This document shows, piece by piece, positions 20,482 through 32,283 of a stretch of DNA of 64,000 nt. This DNA comes from Minutocellus sp. GHC0000111 (Eukaryota). Position numbers and translations under genes: made by a program. The stretch covers positions 5,022,001-5,086,000 of the forward strand of contig OZ361257.1 of NCBI GenBank assembly GCA_977018835.1. The letters are read 5' to 3'. The first letter of the stretch is position 1; each line of letters opens with the position of its first letter. The notes beneath the pieces were generated by a model. That model worked only from the letters and a program-made list of their open reading frames with translations, made no database searches and was not told where the DNA came from.

Positions 20482-23325
20482 ATGACGACGACCAACCAGA
20501 CCACGCCCAAAAAATACAAACGCAGCAGAACTTCGTTCTCAGGGAGCAAGAGAGGCAACACCAAGGCATCCAGGAAGGCGGCAAAGGCGGCAGCTGAGCC
20601 GAAAACACCATCGCCGAGAGTGCAAACACGTCGAAGAAGCGGCCACGGTCAAATTCGCCCCCGCCAAACCGTCACCGTCGTCGGCGAAGAAGAGGACGGC
20701 CCCTCCTCCTATCCCCATGGCCTTTCTCCTTGCAGCAGATGTCATTCGAAGGGCTGGTAAGGATCTGTGGTGTGGAGAGTAACCCCCGATTCCTGCGGCA
20801 AAGATGACATTTGTGTTGGTTCTCGGCAGAAATGGGAAGACGTCCTCCCTGCTTTCATCGAGGCCGACTTGTTGCGTTCCAAGTCCGTCGGTGGAGGAAA
20901 GCATGAGCTACAGTACAACGAGGAAAAATGGAAGGATATGCAGCAACATCTCAAGGAGCATTGTAGTTTGAAGTTGCACTTGTCGACGCATCGGCCGAGA
21001 GGGAAGACAAGACGCAGGGCGCTTTGTGTTTGTGCTCACAGGACAACCACCCGAAATTCTCTGGACCGGAGGGACAGAAGGTGCACGAGAAAAGAAACCC
21101 CGATGAAGTTCTGTTCTCTGGGCGCTCGACTGTCTTAGCTACTAAGCTAGGTGAGAGGTTGTCAGCTCACAGAAAGGAGGTGCAGTCAGCGCATTGCGAA
21201 GCAAGAGCAAAGTCACTAGAAGACGAGGCCAAGAAACTGGGTTGGATGCCAGCAAGTCTCCTCAGCATGCTGAAGGGAACTGGTGATGCTTCCGCCACTG
21301 AAGCAGCTGCAGCCTCCCCCAATGATGAAGGTTTAGGAGGAGCCGATACTTCCGTTGTCTGTGCCACCTCCAGTGACATTGATGAACAGGTAAAGGTCGC
21401 TCTCGGCCTCGACTTTGTTGTTCGGATGGCCAACGATGACATGCTCCGTCCTCCTCGTCCCAATGCAACCGTCACCGAACCAACACCAATCAGAAAAGAA
21501 AAGCAGGCGAATGAAAGAATGCGGTTCAGCACCGTGGCTCTCGCGGATTGGTGGGGACACGGCGACCCAACTCGCACGCATGAAGACCGGCAACAAATTG
21601 CAACTGCCGCGTGTCGGCAAGTTGCGTGCGATCACGGTTGTGCCAAGTCAACCGGTGGTTCTCAGCTTTACAAGTGGAGAGACCAGCTCTACAAAAGCCT
21701 TACTGATGGCATCAGCAATCCCATCCGCAGAAAGGAGGTTCGTGGAAGGAAGGCACACACGGACATGATCGAGGAGAAGGAGCCAGGATGTCTCAGCGAG
21801 CTGCATCGGCATGCCACTCGGATGAAGGGTGCGATGGCAACCTTTAAGGAGCTAGCTGACTGCATGAGCGCAAAATCAGCTACTCCAGATGAAGATAGGC
21901 TGACAATTAGTCTCCATCGTCTTCAGCTTTTTCGCTGGTGGAAAAAGCAAGGCGGCAAGGAGAAGTCGTCGATCGAGAAGCCGAGGCTCACCCCCGAACA
22001 TTGTAGGAAGCGACTTGATTGGATCGAAAAGTGGGAGGACATTACGACCGATCCCAACATTCCTGTAGCGCATCTTGATGAAAAGTGGTTTTACACTGCT
22101 GCTCGGCGACGAAAGATCAAGATGTTGCCACTTTCTGACGAAGAACTAAGCAGTCCGAACCTCGCGTCCATCCATGCTTCCGAGGCAAGCCCGAAAATTC
22201 GATGATCCAGAAGACACCCTGTCAAAGTTATGCATCTTGGAGTTGTTGGCCGACCAATGAAGGATGGGATGAAACCAAAGACGTTGATTTCAATGGGCGC
22301 ATCATGATCAAGAGAGTCGCCAGGGAGCAGAAGGTGGAAAAGCTTACGCGTAATCAGAATTTCTCTCCAGATGCTAAGGTCAACGATGCGCTAAAAAGTG
22401 ACAAAGATTGGCGCGACATTTACGACGAGAATGCTGACATGACCGCCGGCCATCTTTGCGACCACATTGCCGAAATCTACGGCCTTTCTGAGTTTGTTAC
22501 AGAGCGATTGGAACTTCAATACGAGGACTATAAATCCGACGGTCAGGCAAAAAGTCGCAAGCATGCCGCTGTTGGCTACAATCAAAAGATCTCGAGTCTC
22601 AAGCGACACACTCCTGATGGCAATGGAGAGAAGGTGAAGTTTGAGATCGACGACCTTGAGCTCGGGGTGCGGCATCAACGGGGCGGCGATAAGGTTACCA
22701 AGGACTGTAGCTGCGACTCCAAATGGATGTTGGAGACTATGAATGAGGTCGGGAAGGCGATTCGAGACGCACATCATTGGGTGAAGTGGGATCCACAAAA
22801 TGTTCAGGAGTCTGATGTTACACATCTTGTGATGGACAATGCCGGCGGTCATGGGTCCAATGAAGCAGTTGAGAAGCACACCGAGGACCTCAAAAACAAA
22901 TATAAGATTGAGATAATCCAGCAGGTTCCTCGGTCGCCCGAGACAAATGTTCTTGATCTCGGCATCATCTGGATGTCTTTGCAGTCGGCCGTCGAAAAGG
23001 AGCATCGCGGTCAGAAGAATGATGCGAATGCTCTTGACAAGACTGTGATGAAAGCATGGGCCAATGTCGCATCAAAAGAGGCCTTTCTCAATGTATTTGG
23101 AAAACTTCCAGTGACACATAACAAAATCAAGAGAAGTCGTGGCGGTAACAATCTTGTGGAGACCAGACGGGGAAAAAGGCTGGTCTCGCAAAAATTGCCG
23201 AGGAAGAAGCTGAAGAGGATGGTGAACCACTCTGGCCAATTGATGCTCCCGGCGAAGATGATGACATTGAGGACGACGACATAGATGAAAATGATGAAGA
23301 CGATGGAGTCATTGATTTGCTATAA
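20482..23325 (+). mobile_element. Decayed DD39D mariner-type transposase (pseudogene), copy 2
   Basis: Same motifs and lesions as 7510-10353, with one G->C difference at 21726. Confidence 0.88.
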
Positions 23326-23834
23326 CTTATCATAGCATGTCCATTTCTGTTCATTACATTTTGATTTGGTGCTTCCAAAAATGCATTTTTTCCCGGGGTG
23401 AGGAATGCAAATGTCGAAAAAAATCATCACATAATGTACATTTATTGGTTCTGGTGCACAATATCTCTCGACTATATGTAGAAGTTGGTGACCATAACTT
23501 GGTTCTTGCCCCCCGACTTCCATCTTGGCCGTCATTTATTCCTCGGAGTTAGAAAAAGTGAGCTTGGATTTTTGGTCTGGCGTGGTCGTGTTTCTAATAC
23601 GTCATCATCACGTCACTTTCAAATCCTCTGAACTCGAAAGGTAGGCGTTTAGCCTTGATAGCGAGGTGCTCAAGAAATGCCGGAATCCGGCATTTACTTC
23701 CGGGTGTCATATTTAGGCTATGAGCCCCGGCCAAAAAACCAACGTGGACACTTTTTGCCGCAGTCTGCCTGCCTTGTAGGCTTCGATTCACGTAGTTGTG
23801 GTGAAAGAGATCTAAGTAGGTTTGGTTGTTACCT

Positions 23835-24541
23835 TTAGTGTGTGTACATTACATCTAGCTCTAGATCTAGATCTTCGGTGGTGTCTCTCTTACTCAGAGT
23901 CCAACTGAGGGACCATGAAGGCCTCGAACCCCCCTTGGTTCCAGAGAGGTTGTGATCTTTTGCAAGCAGGAGTTTTAGACTGTGCTCCATTCCACACATG
24001 AGCATAGTAAATTGGGTGTCAGATAGAGCGATATTGTTTCTCTTGCTGTACGCCTCAAGGCAGTAGGGAAGCCGCACTGATCGTGCATGGCTTCAGCAAC
24101 AATTTGTCCACATCGGCCAACATCATTTCATGACGCTTATCCCACGTGTCTTCGCCCCATTCCACCTACCTTGTCGTAGGGAATTGAGACGAGTGCTTGG
24201 AGGTCTGGCTGGTCGAGGTTAAAATTCCCGCGCCCGACTTCTTTGAGCTTTCGAAGAGCGGTGGTCTGAGCGGCTTGGGGTGTAAGAGCATGCTGAGTGT
24301 GAACTGACATTGGACTTGTTGCCATGGGCGTGGCGGAGGGAAGGTCGAATGAGCTCACGGGCTTTCTCCCCTCACCGCTTGGCTTGGCGTCGGCGGTTGC
24401 TATGCTCATCTCTGAGAATGAATCATCATCTTCATCAGAATGAGATGAAACGGTAGCTAGCGGTGCCGCGAAAGTCGGCACGCAATGTGTCATGGTGATG
24501 CAAGTGCTTCCTTGCTTGGGCTTGTTCGGCGGCGAAGCCAT
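23835..24541 (-). pseudogene. Degenerate ORF remnant, copy 2
   Basis: Duplicate of 10863-11569. Confidence 0.35.
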
Positions 24542-25197
24542 CCTCTTCGTTGTACTCGCGTCGATATTTCAACACACGAGGAGATGTGAGGTCTGACGAT
24601 GCCGGTGGGATCCCTTGGTTGTCCTCCTTCGTGATAGCTAGCTGTAGACGTCATCAGCAGAGAAGAAGAATCCAATGCCGCACCCGAGTGACTGTGTCGA
24701 CCAGAGGATTTCCACTTGTTGTTGGTGCGTCTGAGGGCCTGCCATGAGAGAAAAATAAGGATATTGGCAATGCTGAGGTCTGACTATCCTTATCAGTGGC
24801 AAAAATTTGAGGTCTCAAACCAAGATATGAAATGTCCTTATGCGAGCCTCGTAGATGTGTGCACGGACTGTAGCACGGACTGTAACGGTTATTCTGGCCG
24901 ATATGTCTGGCCGTCGTGCGTCATTATTCGCATCAACGCCAAGAGCGAGCATCGCCTTTCAGCGCGTGCATCACCTTTCTGGCAACGTGAAGAGCGTGCG
25001 CATCGCATAATCCCCAACAAGACGAGTGCGCAGCCATGAGGTGCGCTCGGAATGTTCTGTTGCTTAAGACGCGTTGAGCTGCGGCTTCTCTCGTTCTCAC
25101 TTTTTGGTCCCAACGCTTTCTAGTTTTCGTCTCTTACCCACCATCATAACAGTATCGTCCACGCATCAACATATTCCCACCGAACTGGCAAAGAAAA

Positions 25198-26013
25198 ATG
25201 ATGTTATCATCACGACGCCTTTGCATATTTCTCGTCTTTCTCGCTACCGTTACGATGACTTCAGCACTGGCGCTGGCTTCTCCCGAGACGCAAGACTCCA
25301 CTATTCCCAAGGGTGTTGGACGCATGAGTGATGCTGCCTGGGATGATCTCGTTGATAAGTTATTTGTCAAGTACAGCCACGGCGCTGCTGACGAAAGTAG
25401 CAGTAGTGAGGACGATAACAGTGGCATGAAGCCGACGTATGCGCACGATAAGGCCAAAGTATCGCCCTTACTCGACTCGATGTTAAATAGGAAAGATAGC
25501 CTTAGCGACGATGCCTTGGAGATCTTTCCTGCTGATGTGCTGGACTCCATCGACGACGACGAAGATGACAACATGTATAACATTGATGTTGAAATTGCTA
25601 TCGCCGGCCCTGAGCTTTACGAAAATATCTCAGACGATGCCCTAGCTTTTCCTTTGGGCGACGGTGTCCTTATGATTGTTGAAAGTGACGACACTGTTGA
25701 TGATTTGGGTATTGGTCATCGGCACAAAAATGTTCGCCGCCGCGTCGAGGTAAAACATGAGCGCCAAGCCAAACTTCAACAATTCGAACGTCGACTCAAT
25801 TCGTTCAAGATCCGCGTGCTTCGAAAGGGGGTTCGAAAGACATGCCAGTGTCGGACGAGTACGCTCAAGGGATGTCGACGATGTGGTGGTGCATGCTGCC
25901 ATTCCATCGCCAATGGGACAGTCAAGTGTCGCGAGGGGTCACGTGACAGCTGCAGACGCATCTTTGGCAAGAAGACCAAGATCAAGTTCAAGCGACGCAA
26001 CAGCTCGGATTGA
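25198..26013 (+). CDS. Secreted precursor with cationic 8-Cys C-terminal domain, copy 2
   Basis: Same translation as 12226-13041. Confidence 0.78.
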   Translation: MMLSSRRLCIFLVFLATVTMTSALALASPETQDSTIPKGVGRMSDAAWDDLVDKLFVKYSHGAADESSSSEDDNSGMKPTYAHDKAKVSPLLDSMLNRKDSLSDDALEIFPADVLDSIDDDEDDNMYNIDVEIAIAGPELYENISDDALAFPLGDGVLMIVESDDTVDDLGIGHRHKNVRRRVEVKHERQAKLQQFERRLNSFKIRVLRKGVRKTCQCRTSTLKGCRRCGGACCHSIANGTVKCREGSRDSCRRIFGKKTKIKFKRRNSSD

Positions 26014-26153
26014 AAAAGGGGCAAAGTCATTCATTTTAGATATATAGATCTACTCTAGATATAGTATTAACATGCATGCACATTGGATGCATTTAATTGA
26101 GATCAACAAACCATTACATGTACAACATGTTCATGTACATTATTTTCTATTTT

Positions 26154-27797
26154 TCAGCATACTAGAGTAACATACAAGCCGAAGTGATCGCTCGGCGATA
26201 CGGGCTGGTCGACGAATTCCCCGGTAGGAACAAAGGAGCCGTAGCTAAACCTTTGCTTCTCCTTGCGATAGGTCAGACCGGCAATGACAGATGTCCCAAT
26301 CATGTCGCAATGGACCGGCGCGATGCCACCACTGTTTTGGGTCCTCTCGCTGCTCCAAATCAAACAACGATCGAAACGCCGACGGAGATTGCCTCTCAGC
26401 ATGTCGTTGAGTTTGGCATCGTAGGTATACCCATCCTCTCCTGGACGACATTTCAGCCAGGCATCGGTCCAAGCGCCATTACTATCACAACCAATGACCT
26501 CCAACATCTTCTCATCGTTGCCCTTGCTTCGTTTCCTCTCGTCGTCCCAGTTCAAATCACCCGTAATTACAGCCGCATCAATCCTAGTCCCATGCCGAGC
26601 CCGCATCTGAACATACTGCGTGCAGAAACGTGCCGCCTGTCGAATCTGGGCCTTGCGCTGCGCCACGCCATCGTACGGTTGACCCATGAAGCCTCCCGTG
26701 AGAAAGGATTCCAGGTGAGTGGTGGTAAATAGCACCTCGCGCGAGGACGTTCCACTGCACAGCCGCACGTGCGTCCATAGCAAACCACGTTCCATGATGG
26801 TGTCTGCATAGGGTTGAAACCCAGAGCTTACCAACTGTGCCGATACGGTGTCATTGCCATTGCCACCACCCAACACATTTCCCGTGAGGACGGCAATGAC
26901 CACGTAATACTGCCCCCGTGTCTGCCGAGGCTGCGAAATGACATGATATCCCATGGACTGCAACAATGGATACAGCAGCTGTTCCAGATCGGACGTTACC
27001 TCCTGCAGACCAACCATGAGTGGACGTGGTTGGAGGTCGGAAATTATCGCGGAGATGGCCTCCATCCGCCGTTCGGGATGAGGATCGCCGCGGGTGGTCT
27101 GGCCGAACCATATGTTGTACGATGCCACGGCAAAGTTGGGCATTGGCCCGGTATTGTCCATGTTGCTGGTATTGCTGGTATTGCTGGTATTGCTGTTGCC
27201 AGAAGTTTGAGACTTGGACTTGCGCTTGCGAGGCGGGGACAGTACCTCCACATCATCCGACGAGGAATCGCTATCACCACCATTGGCAGCATCTGACTTG
27301 GCCTTCTTCTTTCGGTCCATATCCTCGCAGTCGGTATCCGAATCGTCAAAGGTCAGGTCGACCACATTATTGGTATTGGCAGCAGTTCGAGGACGCTTCT
27401 TGCCTGTTGTGCCTGCGTCGGCCGCCGCATTGGCTGGCCCATGCTCAGCACCAGCAGATGCACGACCAGATGCAGCATTATTCGGAGCACCACCACAGCT
27501 TGCAGAAGCTGCAGCGCCTTGGTCATTGGAACCATGGGCACCGGTATCTCTATCCTGATCATCCTGCGCTTGGCCTTGGGCCGCCAGCCACCGCTCCCTC
27601 TGTCGCCGGCGTATCTCCTTCAGTTCGTCGTCCATAATTGTTGATGTTGGCAATTTACCGACACGGTGAGATGTGCCAACTTTGGCAGCTGGGTGCAGAT
27701 GCGGAGGAAACAGAAAGGCAGGGCACGTGTGGGGGGTGCAGAGTAGAAGCAGAAGGCGGAGCAAGAGGGCGGGAGCACGGAGGACCGCCATGGGCAT
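26154..27797 (-). CDS. TDP2: Tyrosyl-DNA phosphodiesterase 2-like EEP-family protein, full length
   Basis: EEP motifs SYNIW, GLQEV, TTHLES, GDLN, RFDR and SDHFG. Disordered N-terminus with basic NLS-like clusters. Alternative start at 27635. Confidence 0.85.
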   Translation of the reverse strand: MPMAVLRAPALLLRLLLLLCTPHTCPAFLFPPHLHPAAKVGTSHRVGKLPTSTIMDDELKEIRRRQRERWLAAQGQAQDDQDRDTGAHGSNDQGAAASASCGGAPNNAASGRASAGAEHGPANAAADAGTTGKKRPRTAANTNNVVDLTFDDSDTDCEDMDRKKKAKSDAANGGDSDSSSDDVEVLSPPRKRKSKSQTSGNSNTSNTSNTSNMDNTGPMPNFAVASYNIWFGQTTRGDPHPERRMEAISAIISDLQPRPLMVGLQEVTSDLEQLLYPLLQSMGYHVISQPRQTRGQYYVVIAVLTGNVLGGGNGNDTVSAQLVSSGFQPYADTIMERGLLWTHVRLCSGTSSREVLFTTTHLESFLTGGFMGQPYDGVAQRKAQIRQAARFCTQYVQMRARHGTRIDAAVITGDLNWDDERKRSKGNDEKMLEVIGCDSNGAWTDAWLKCRPGEDGYTYDAKLNDMLRGNLRRRFDRCLIWSSERTQNSGGIAPVHCDMIGTSVIAGLTYRKEKQRFSYGSFVPTGEFVDQPVSPSDHFGLYVTLVC

Positions 27798-28009
27798 TGG
27801 CAGCCAAGGAAAAATATGACGGGGTTAAGGGGGAAATTTCGGAGTTTAGCCCCTCTAAGCTAAAAATCAGGCCATCGGCCATCTTGTCAAGCGGTTTGCC
27901 ATGGCATGCCGGCAGATCACTCGGCAGATACAGGAGCACCTCGCAGTTGGTTCGGCCCTGCATCTGCTCTTTCCTCCGCCTGCCTTGCTTGCTTCTTTAT
28001 TTTCTTGCA

Positions 28010-29071
28010 ATGTCGAGTATCGGTGGGGCTGACCAGCCGCCGGTCAAGAAGCTGAAGCGCGGCGATGACGAAACCGGCACGATAAATATCGGCGGTCCGA
28101 TGGAGGACGAGGCCACGGCTCGCAAGAAGCTCGAGGAGGTTGGGTTTGATCCTGAAAAGGTAAATCGTACCAAAATGCGTCCATTCGACCAAGAAATGCC
28201 ATACACTACATGGCAAGCATCTCCCATGACCCATTTTTGTCGGGCTGGAGATCTTCCCATGTGTCGGTTCCTCCTTGCCAAGGGTGCTTCCATCACGAAG
28301 GCCTCTGATGATGGTTGGTGGTTCCCCATGATTGCAGCAGTTAGAGGAGGGCAACTGCATGTTTGCAAGTGGCTGTTAGATAATGGGGCTGCAAGTGATG
28401 TCGGCAGAAGAGTTGGAAATGATAGGTCGTCTCTTTGGTATGCAACCCGAAGTGGCGACAAAAAATACTTCGAGATTGGAAAGTGGTTGATCCTGAATGG
28501 AGCACTAAGTGTATTGGATGGCAATGAAGGCATGCGTGAAGTTGACGCCAATGCGTTGGTGTTGGATATGGCACCAAGGCGTGATTATGTGGTATTAAGG
28601 CGGGATGGCCTGAAAAATGAAATCCCTAATGTACAGACAGATACCCGTCAGATGTATTTGTCTTGGGCTGATGGTGCCTTGTCGGATCACAGCAGCTTCT
28701 TTACCTTACTTTGTGGGGCAACTTTGAAGGCCCCTTCATACTCAGAGGCCTCATTGAGGGCTCAACTTACCAAAGAGCTGCACAATGCCCCTGCAGCAAA
28801 TATTCTTGTCGAGGACATGCCTGAAGAAAGGCAACGCCGTGTCTGGAATGAGCTCTTTGCTTCACCTCTTCGTCGTTTGAATGGAAACACAGGAGTGTTG
28901 CAGGTCATAGCCGATTTCCTTGGCATACTGCGAGGCAAAGAGTTGAAAATTGTCCGCAGCCTAGCAGCAAATCTACGAGCGTTTATTGAAGACATTCCCG
29001 ACCCTGTTTCCTCCGACGAGGAGGAGGATTACGGCACCGATGATGATTCTGAAGGTTCTTACCTTTCCTGA
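28010..29071 (+). CDS. Ankyrin-repeat protein (paralogue 1)
   Basis: Ankyrin-like repeats (PMTHFCRAGDLPMCRFLLAKGA, PMIAAVRGGQLHVCKWLLDNGA) and an acidic C-terminus. Likely ATG at 28010. Confidence 0.85.
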   Translation: MSSIGGADQPPVKKLKRGDDETGTINIGGPMEDEATARKKLEEVGFDPEKVNRTKMRPFDQEMPYTTWQASPMTHFCRAGDLPMCRFLLAKGASITKASDDGWWFPMIAAVRGGQLHVCKWLLDNGAASDVGRRVGNDRSSLWYATRSGDKKYFEIGKWLILNGALSVLDGNEGMREVDANALVLDMAPRRDYVVLRRDGLKNEIPNVQTDTRQMYLSWADGALSDHSSFFTLLCGATLKAPSYSEASLRAQLTKELHNAPAANILVEDMPEERQRRVWNELFASPLRRLNGNTGVLQVIADFLGILRGKELKIVRSLAANLRAFIEDIPDPVSSDEEEDYGTDDDSEGSYLS

Positions 29072-29815
29072 TTATATTGCCGTGCGTACTGAATGTGTGA
29101 AGATGAGGCACAAATTGCATGAAGTCGCTACACAAACTTTTTCTGAGTAATTATGGCTTTAACTACAATGTAGATCATCTACTATTCGTCACAATCACGG
29201 ATCCGTACATGTTTTCTACATGCCCTTCACAACGTTCCTACACCACGCTGATGTCAAACCAGGTTTTCCTGATGCCTTTTTAACCCAGCCGGTTTCCCGG
29301 TATGGTGCATTTTTGGCATGACCTCTCTCTAGTCCTCCTCAAAGTGTCCCTGCTTACCCCAACTGTGGGGTCTGTTCGGTAGGAGATCTATTCTCTGACT
29401 TGAGCCTAGCTTGTATGTCGGCTCGCCGATATCCCTCTAACCGAGGCATTGATAGACTCCTAAACTAAAACGTATTGCAGCGCATGTTTTCTACATGTAC
29501 ATGTATGCGGGTCTGCATTTGGAGCTTTGCTCCGGGGTTGCATGACCTGCGGTCGTTCTAGTTTTAGCATAAGGATAAGGATAAGGATGTATGCAGGTTT
29601 ATGACTACATTTACATATGTAGCAATATTATCGGAGTTTGGGGGGATTTGAACGTCTCCCCGATTTTCAAATCCCTCAAAAATGTCATCGGTTGACAGAC
29701 AGTTCTTCAACAGCAAAGCAGCAGGTGAGGCGGCCAACGAAGTCGGTTGGACTGGCCGTGCGTGAGCTGCGCCTCGTTGGCTCTCTCCCCCTTTCATTCG
29801 ACTACCGGTACTTCA

Positions 29816-30882
29816 ATGTCGGACGATAGGAGCGCCGGCGGGGGCGACCAGCCGCCAGCCAAGAAGCAAAAGCGCGGCGACGATGACGAAGATGAAACCA
29901 CAACGGAAAAGTTTGGAGGTCCAATCGAGGACGAGACCACGGCTCTGCAGAAGCTCGAACAGGTCGGGTTCGATCCCGACCTGCTGCAAATTGAGTACGA
30001 CATCGAAGTCACAGACTCGGTGACGTGGTCGCATACGCCGATGGAGTACTTCTGTCGCGTCGGAGATCTGCCAATGTGCCGATTTTTGCTATCCAAGGGC
30101 GTTGCGACGACGGGTGGTCGCGAGGACGACGACGAGTACGAGTATTGGTTTCCAATGCTGGCGGCCGCAAGAGGGGGGCATCTCGACGTATGCAAGTGGT
30201 TGTGCCAGTTTGGTGCTCGTGCCGATTTGGGCGGCGTCAACGAGCTCGGCCAAACTCCTCTGATGTGGGTTTGCCGGCGGGATTCCACGCACAAGTCAAG
30301 TGCGCCCTACCGAAATGCAAGCGGGTATTTTGAGGTTGGCAAATGGTTGATTTTGGAGGGGGCTATATCGGACAAAGACCCGGGCATGTCGTCCGACAAC
30401 TCGTGCGGAGAGATTTAGATTTTGAGCCGAGAGCTGATTTGCATCCTGTCGATTTTGATCCCCGTCCTGCCTATTTGAATTGGGCTGATGGTGCGTTGGC
30501 GGATCACCGAGGCTTCGTCACGTTTCTCAATGGCGTGTGCACGAGATCTCCGTCCTACTCGGAAGACGCCTTGCAAAGCTTATTATCTGAGAGACTTAGA
30601 AGTGCTTCCGCAGCTTCCATCACCATTGAATGTATGCCCGATGACAAAAGGCTCCGTGTGTGGAAGGAGTTGATCATTTCACCCCTTCAATCGTTGGCTG
30701 GAAATACCGGCGTGTTGAAGTCGATTGCTGACTACGTCGGTGTAATGCGGGGAAGGGATTTGAGAACCGTCCGCGGGCTTGCCAGGGAACTTCGTCTTTT
30801 TATTGAGGAAGTTCCTGGCCTTCCGCATTTTCTGGATGATGAGATGGATGATTCGGAGAATGACGACGACGGTGACTACTGA
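29816..30882 (+). CDS. Ankyrin-repeat protein (paralogue 2), apparently frameshifted near 30380-30386
   Basis: Homologous to 28010-29071 along its whole length but split over two frames (ISDKDPG / HVVRQLVRRDL...YLNWADGAL). Confidence 0.8.
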
Positions 30883-31095
30883 ATCATTGCGTTTCGGGAT
30901 AAGGGGACTGTACTGAATTTATGTTTTGCGATAGGGCGCATGTGGCGGTCACCACTAGGAATCCATAGCAAGACTAGTATTGTAACTGCCACACAATGTC
31001 TTTCTCCTCTGCGTAATCTTCAAGTAGAAGACTACTTCAGCAATGTGTACATACAAAAGATTGAACCCCATTCTACTTCTACTATATTCATACTT

Positions 31096-32283
31096 TCAAC
31101 TTTCGTGACCAGTTAAAACCTTCCCAACACCGTCCAAGAAACCTCTGAGGCAGGATTCGGCGCCCTTGCTCGAAGGGAAGCGATATCCCTTCATTTCGAT
31201 CCGATCCAAATCTATATGGTAGATCGACCCCGTATAATCCACCATGAATTGAAAGTCATACCACAGTTCCGGTTCCTGTCCCAGCAACCGAATCAACTGT
31301 TTCATTTCACCCGCCAATACGTTCATAAAGGATCTTTCGCCGCCAAAGCGGTTCGTTACTGCTTGAGCAAAAACCTCCTTCGTTGAGCTCTGGTCGTCAA
31401 ATCGAAAGGCTCCCTCTCGTCCAAACCCGAAGAAGCTGCACCGAACAATCATGTTGGGCGTCGGTGCCAACTGGACCTTTTGAATTGCGACGGTATGCGC
31501 CGTATCGGGATTGTCCATCCTGGCTTGCTCATAGGGGTCCTTCTGAGCATTGCCAAAGTACATGGACTTTTTCGACGTCCGGACCGACTGCCGTGCCATC
31601 TTGTTGAGTCGCTTCAACGTCGACATGTCGGGTAGCTGGATCAGTTGCGGTTCTTCCAATAAAAATTGACGTATGCTGTACTTCTCTTCTAATCGACGTG
31701 CAACTTGCCATATTCTGTCGAGACGAGACATATAGGCGTGCCCACCTCGAGCGACTAGATATCCCTCATTGTCATCGGTGCTGCTGTGGAAGAAGCATTT
31801 TCGGTATCCGCATGCTCCGCGTGCTTCGGTGTCGAGCTGCATCTCGTCAATACCCGCCACAATGGCTGTTCTATTGGTAGTTGTTGCCGTTGTTGCTGTA
31901 TTGTCCTCCTTTTCTCTATCTTCTTCCAGCCGTCGCTTTCGACTTCCTTTGGCTTCCTTTCGTGTTCGAAGAGGGGATTGTTCCAGCCCCAACATTTCAA
32001 TGTCCTCTCGAGTGAGCATTTCGTCGGAATTCGTTTCCTTCATGTCGAGGACGCGAATGATGCGGTCGGATTGCTGTTGATATCTACCCACGTGACCGAG
32101 GAAACTAATGGCCAGGCACGATACGAGGAGACGAGATGGGACGGACGCGCAGGGAGACGGCGCCGCTGATCTGCGTGGGGCGGTGCTATTGCTACTTGTA
32201 CCGGAAGAAGTGGACTGGGCTGCAGCACGACATGTGCCGCATGCTTCTCCTCCGCGTTGGTGCTGCTGCCGCTCTCGGGGCAT
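31096..32283 (-). CDS. Hypothetical type II membrane protein (C-terminal YDFQ..D..G.IYHIDLDR motif)
   Basis: Long ORF with one TM segment (LLVSCLAISFLGHV) and a CGYRKCFF motif. Start codon uncertain. Confidence 0.65.
   Translation of the reverse strand: MPRERQQHQRGGEACGTCRAAAQSTSSGTSSNSTAPRRSAAPSPCASVPSRLLVSCLAISFLGHVGRYQQQSDRIIRVLDMKETNSDEMLTREDIEMLGLEQSPLRTRKEAKGSRKRRLEEDREKEDNTATTATTTNRTAIVAGIDEMQLDTEARGACGYRKCFFHSSTDDNEGYLVARGGHAYMSRLDRIWQVARRLEEKYSIRQFLLEEPQLIQLPDMSTLKRLNKMARQSVRTSKKSMYFGNAQKDPYEQARMDNPDTAHTVAIQKVQLAPTPNMIVRCSFFGFGREGAFRFDDQSSTKEVFAQAVTNRFGGERSFMNVLAGEMKQLIRLLGQEPELWYDFQFMVDYTGSIYHIDLDRIEMKGYRFPSSKGAESCLRGFLDGVGKVLTGHES

Larger units (their letters stand above)
14225..27210. 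repeat. ~13-kb tandem segmental duplication, copy 2
   Basis: Near-identical to 1232-14229. It continues into unique sequence (5' end of TDP2) after 27210. Confidence 0.97.
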
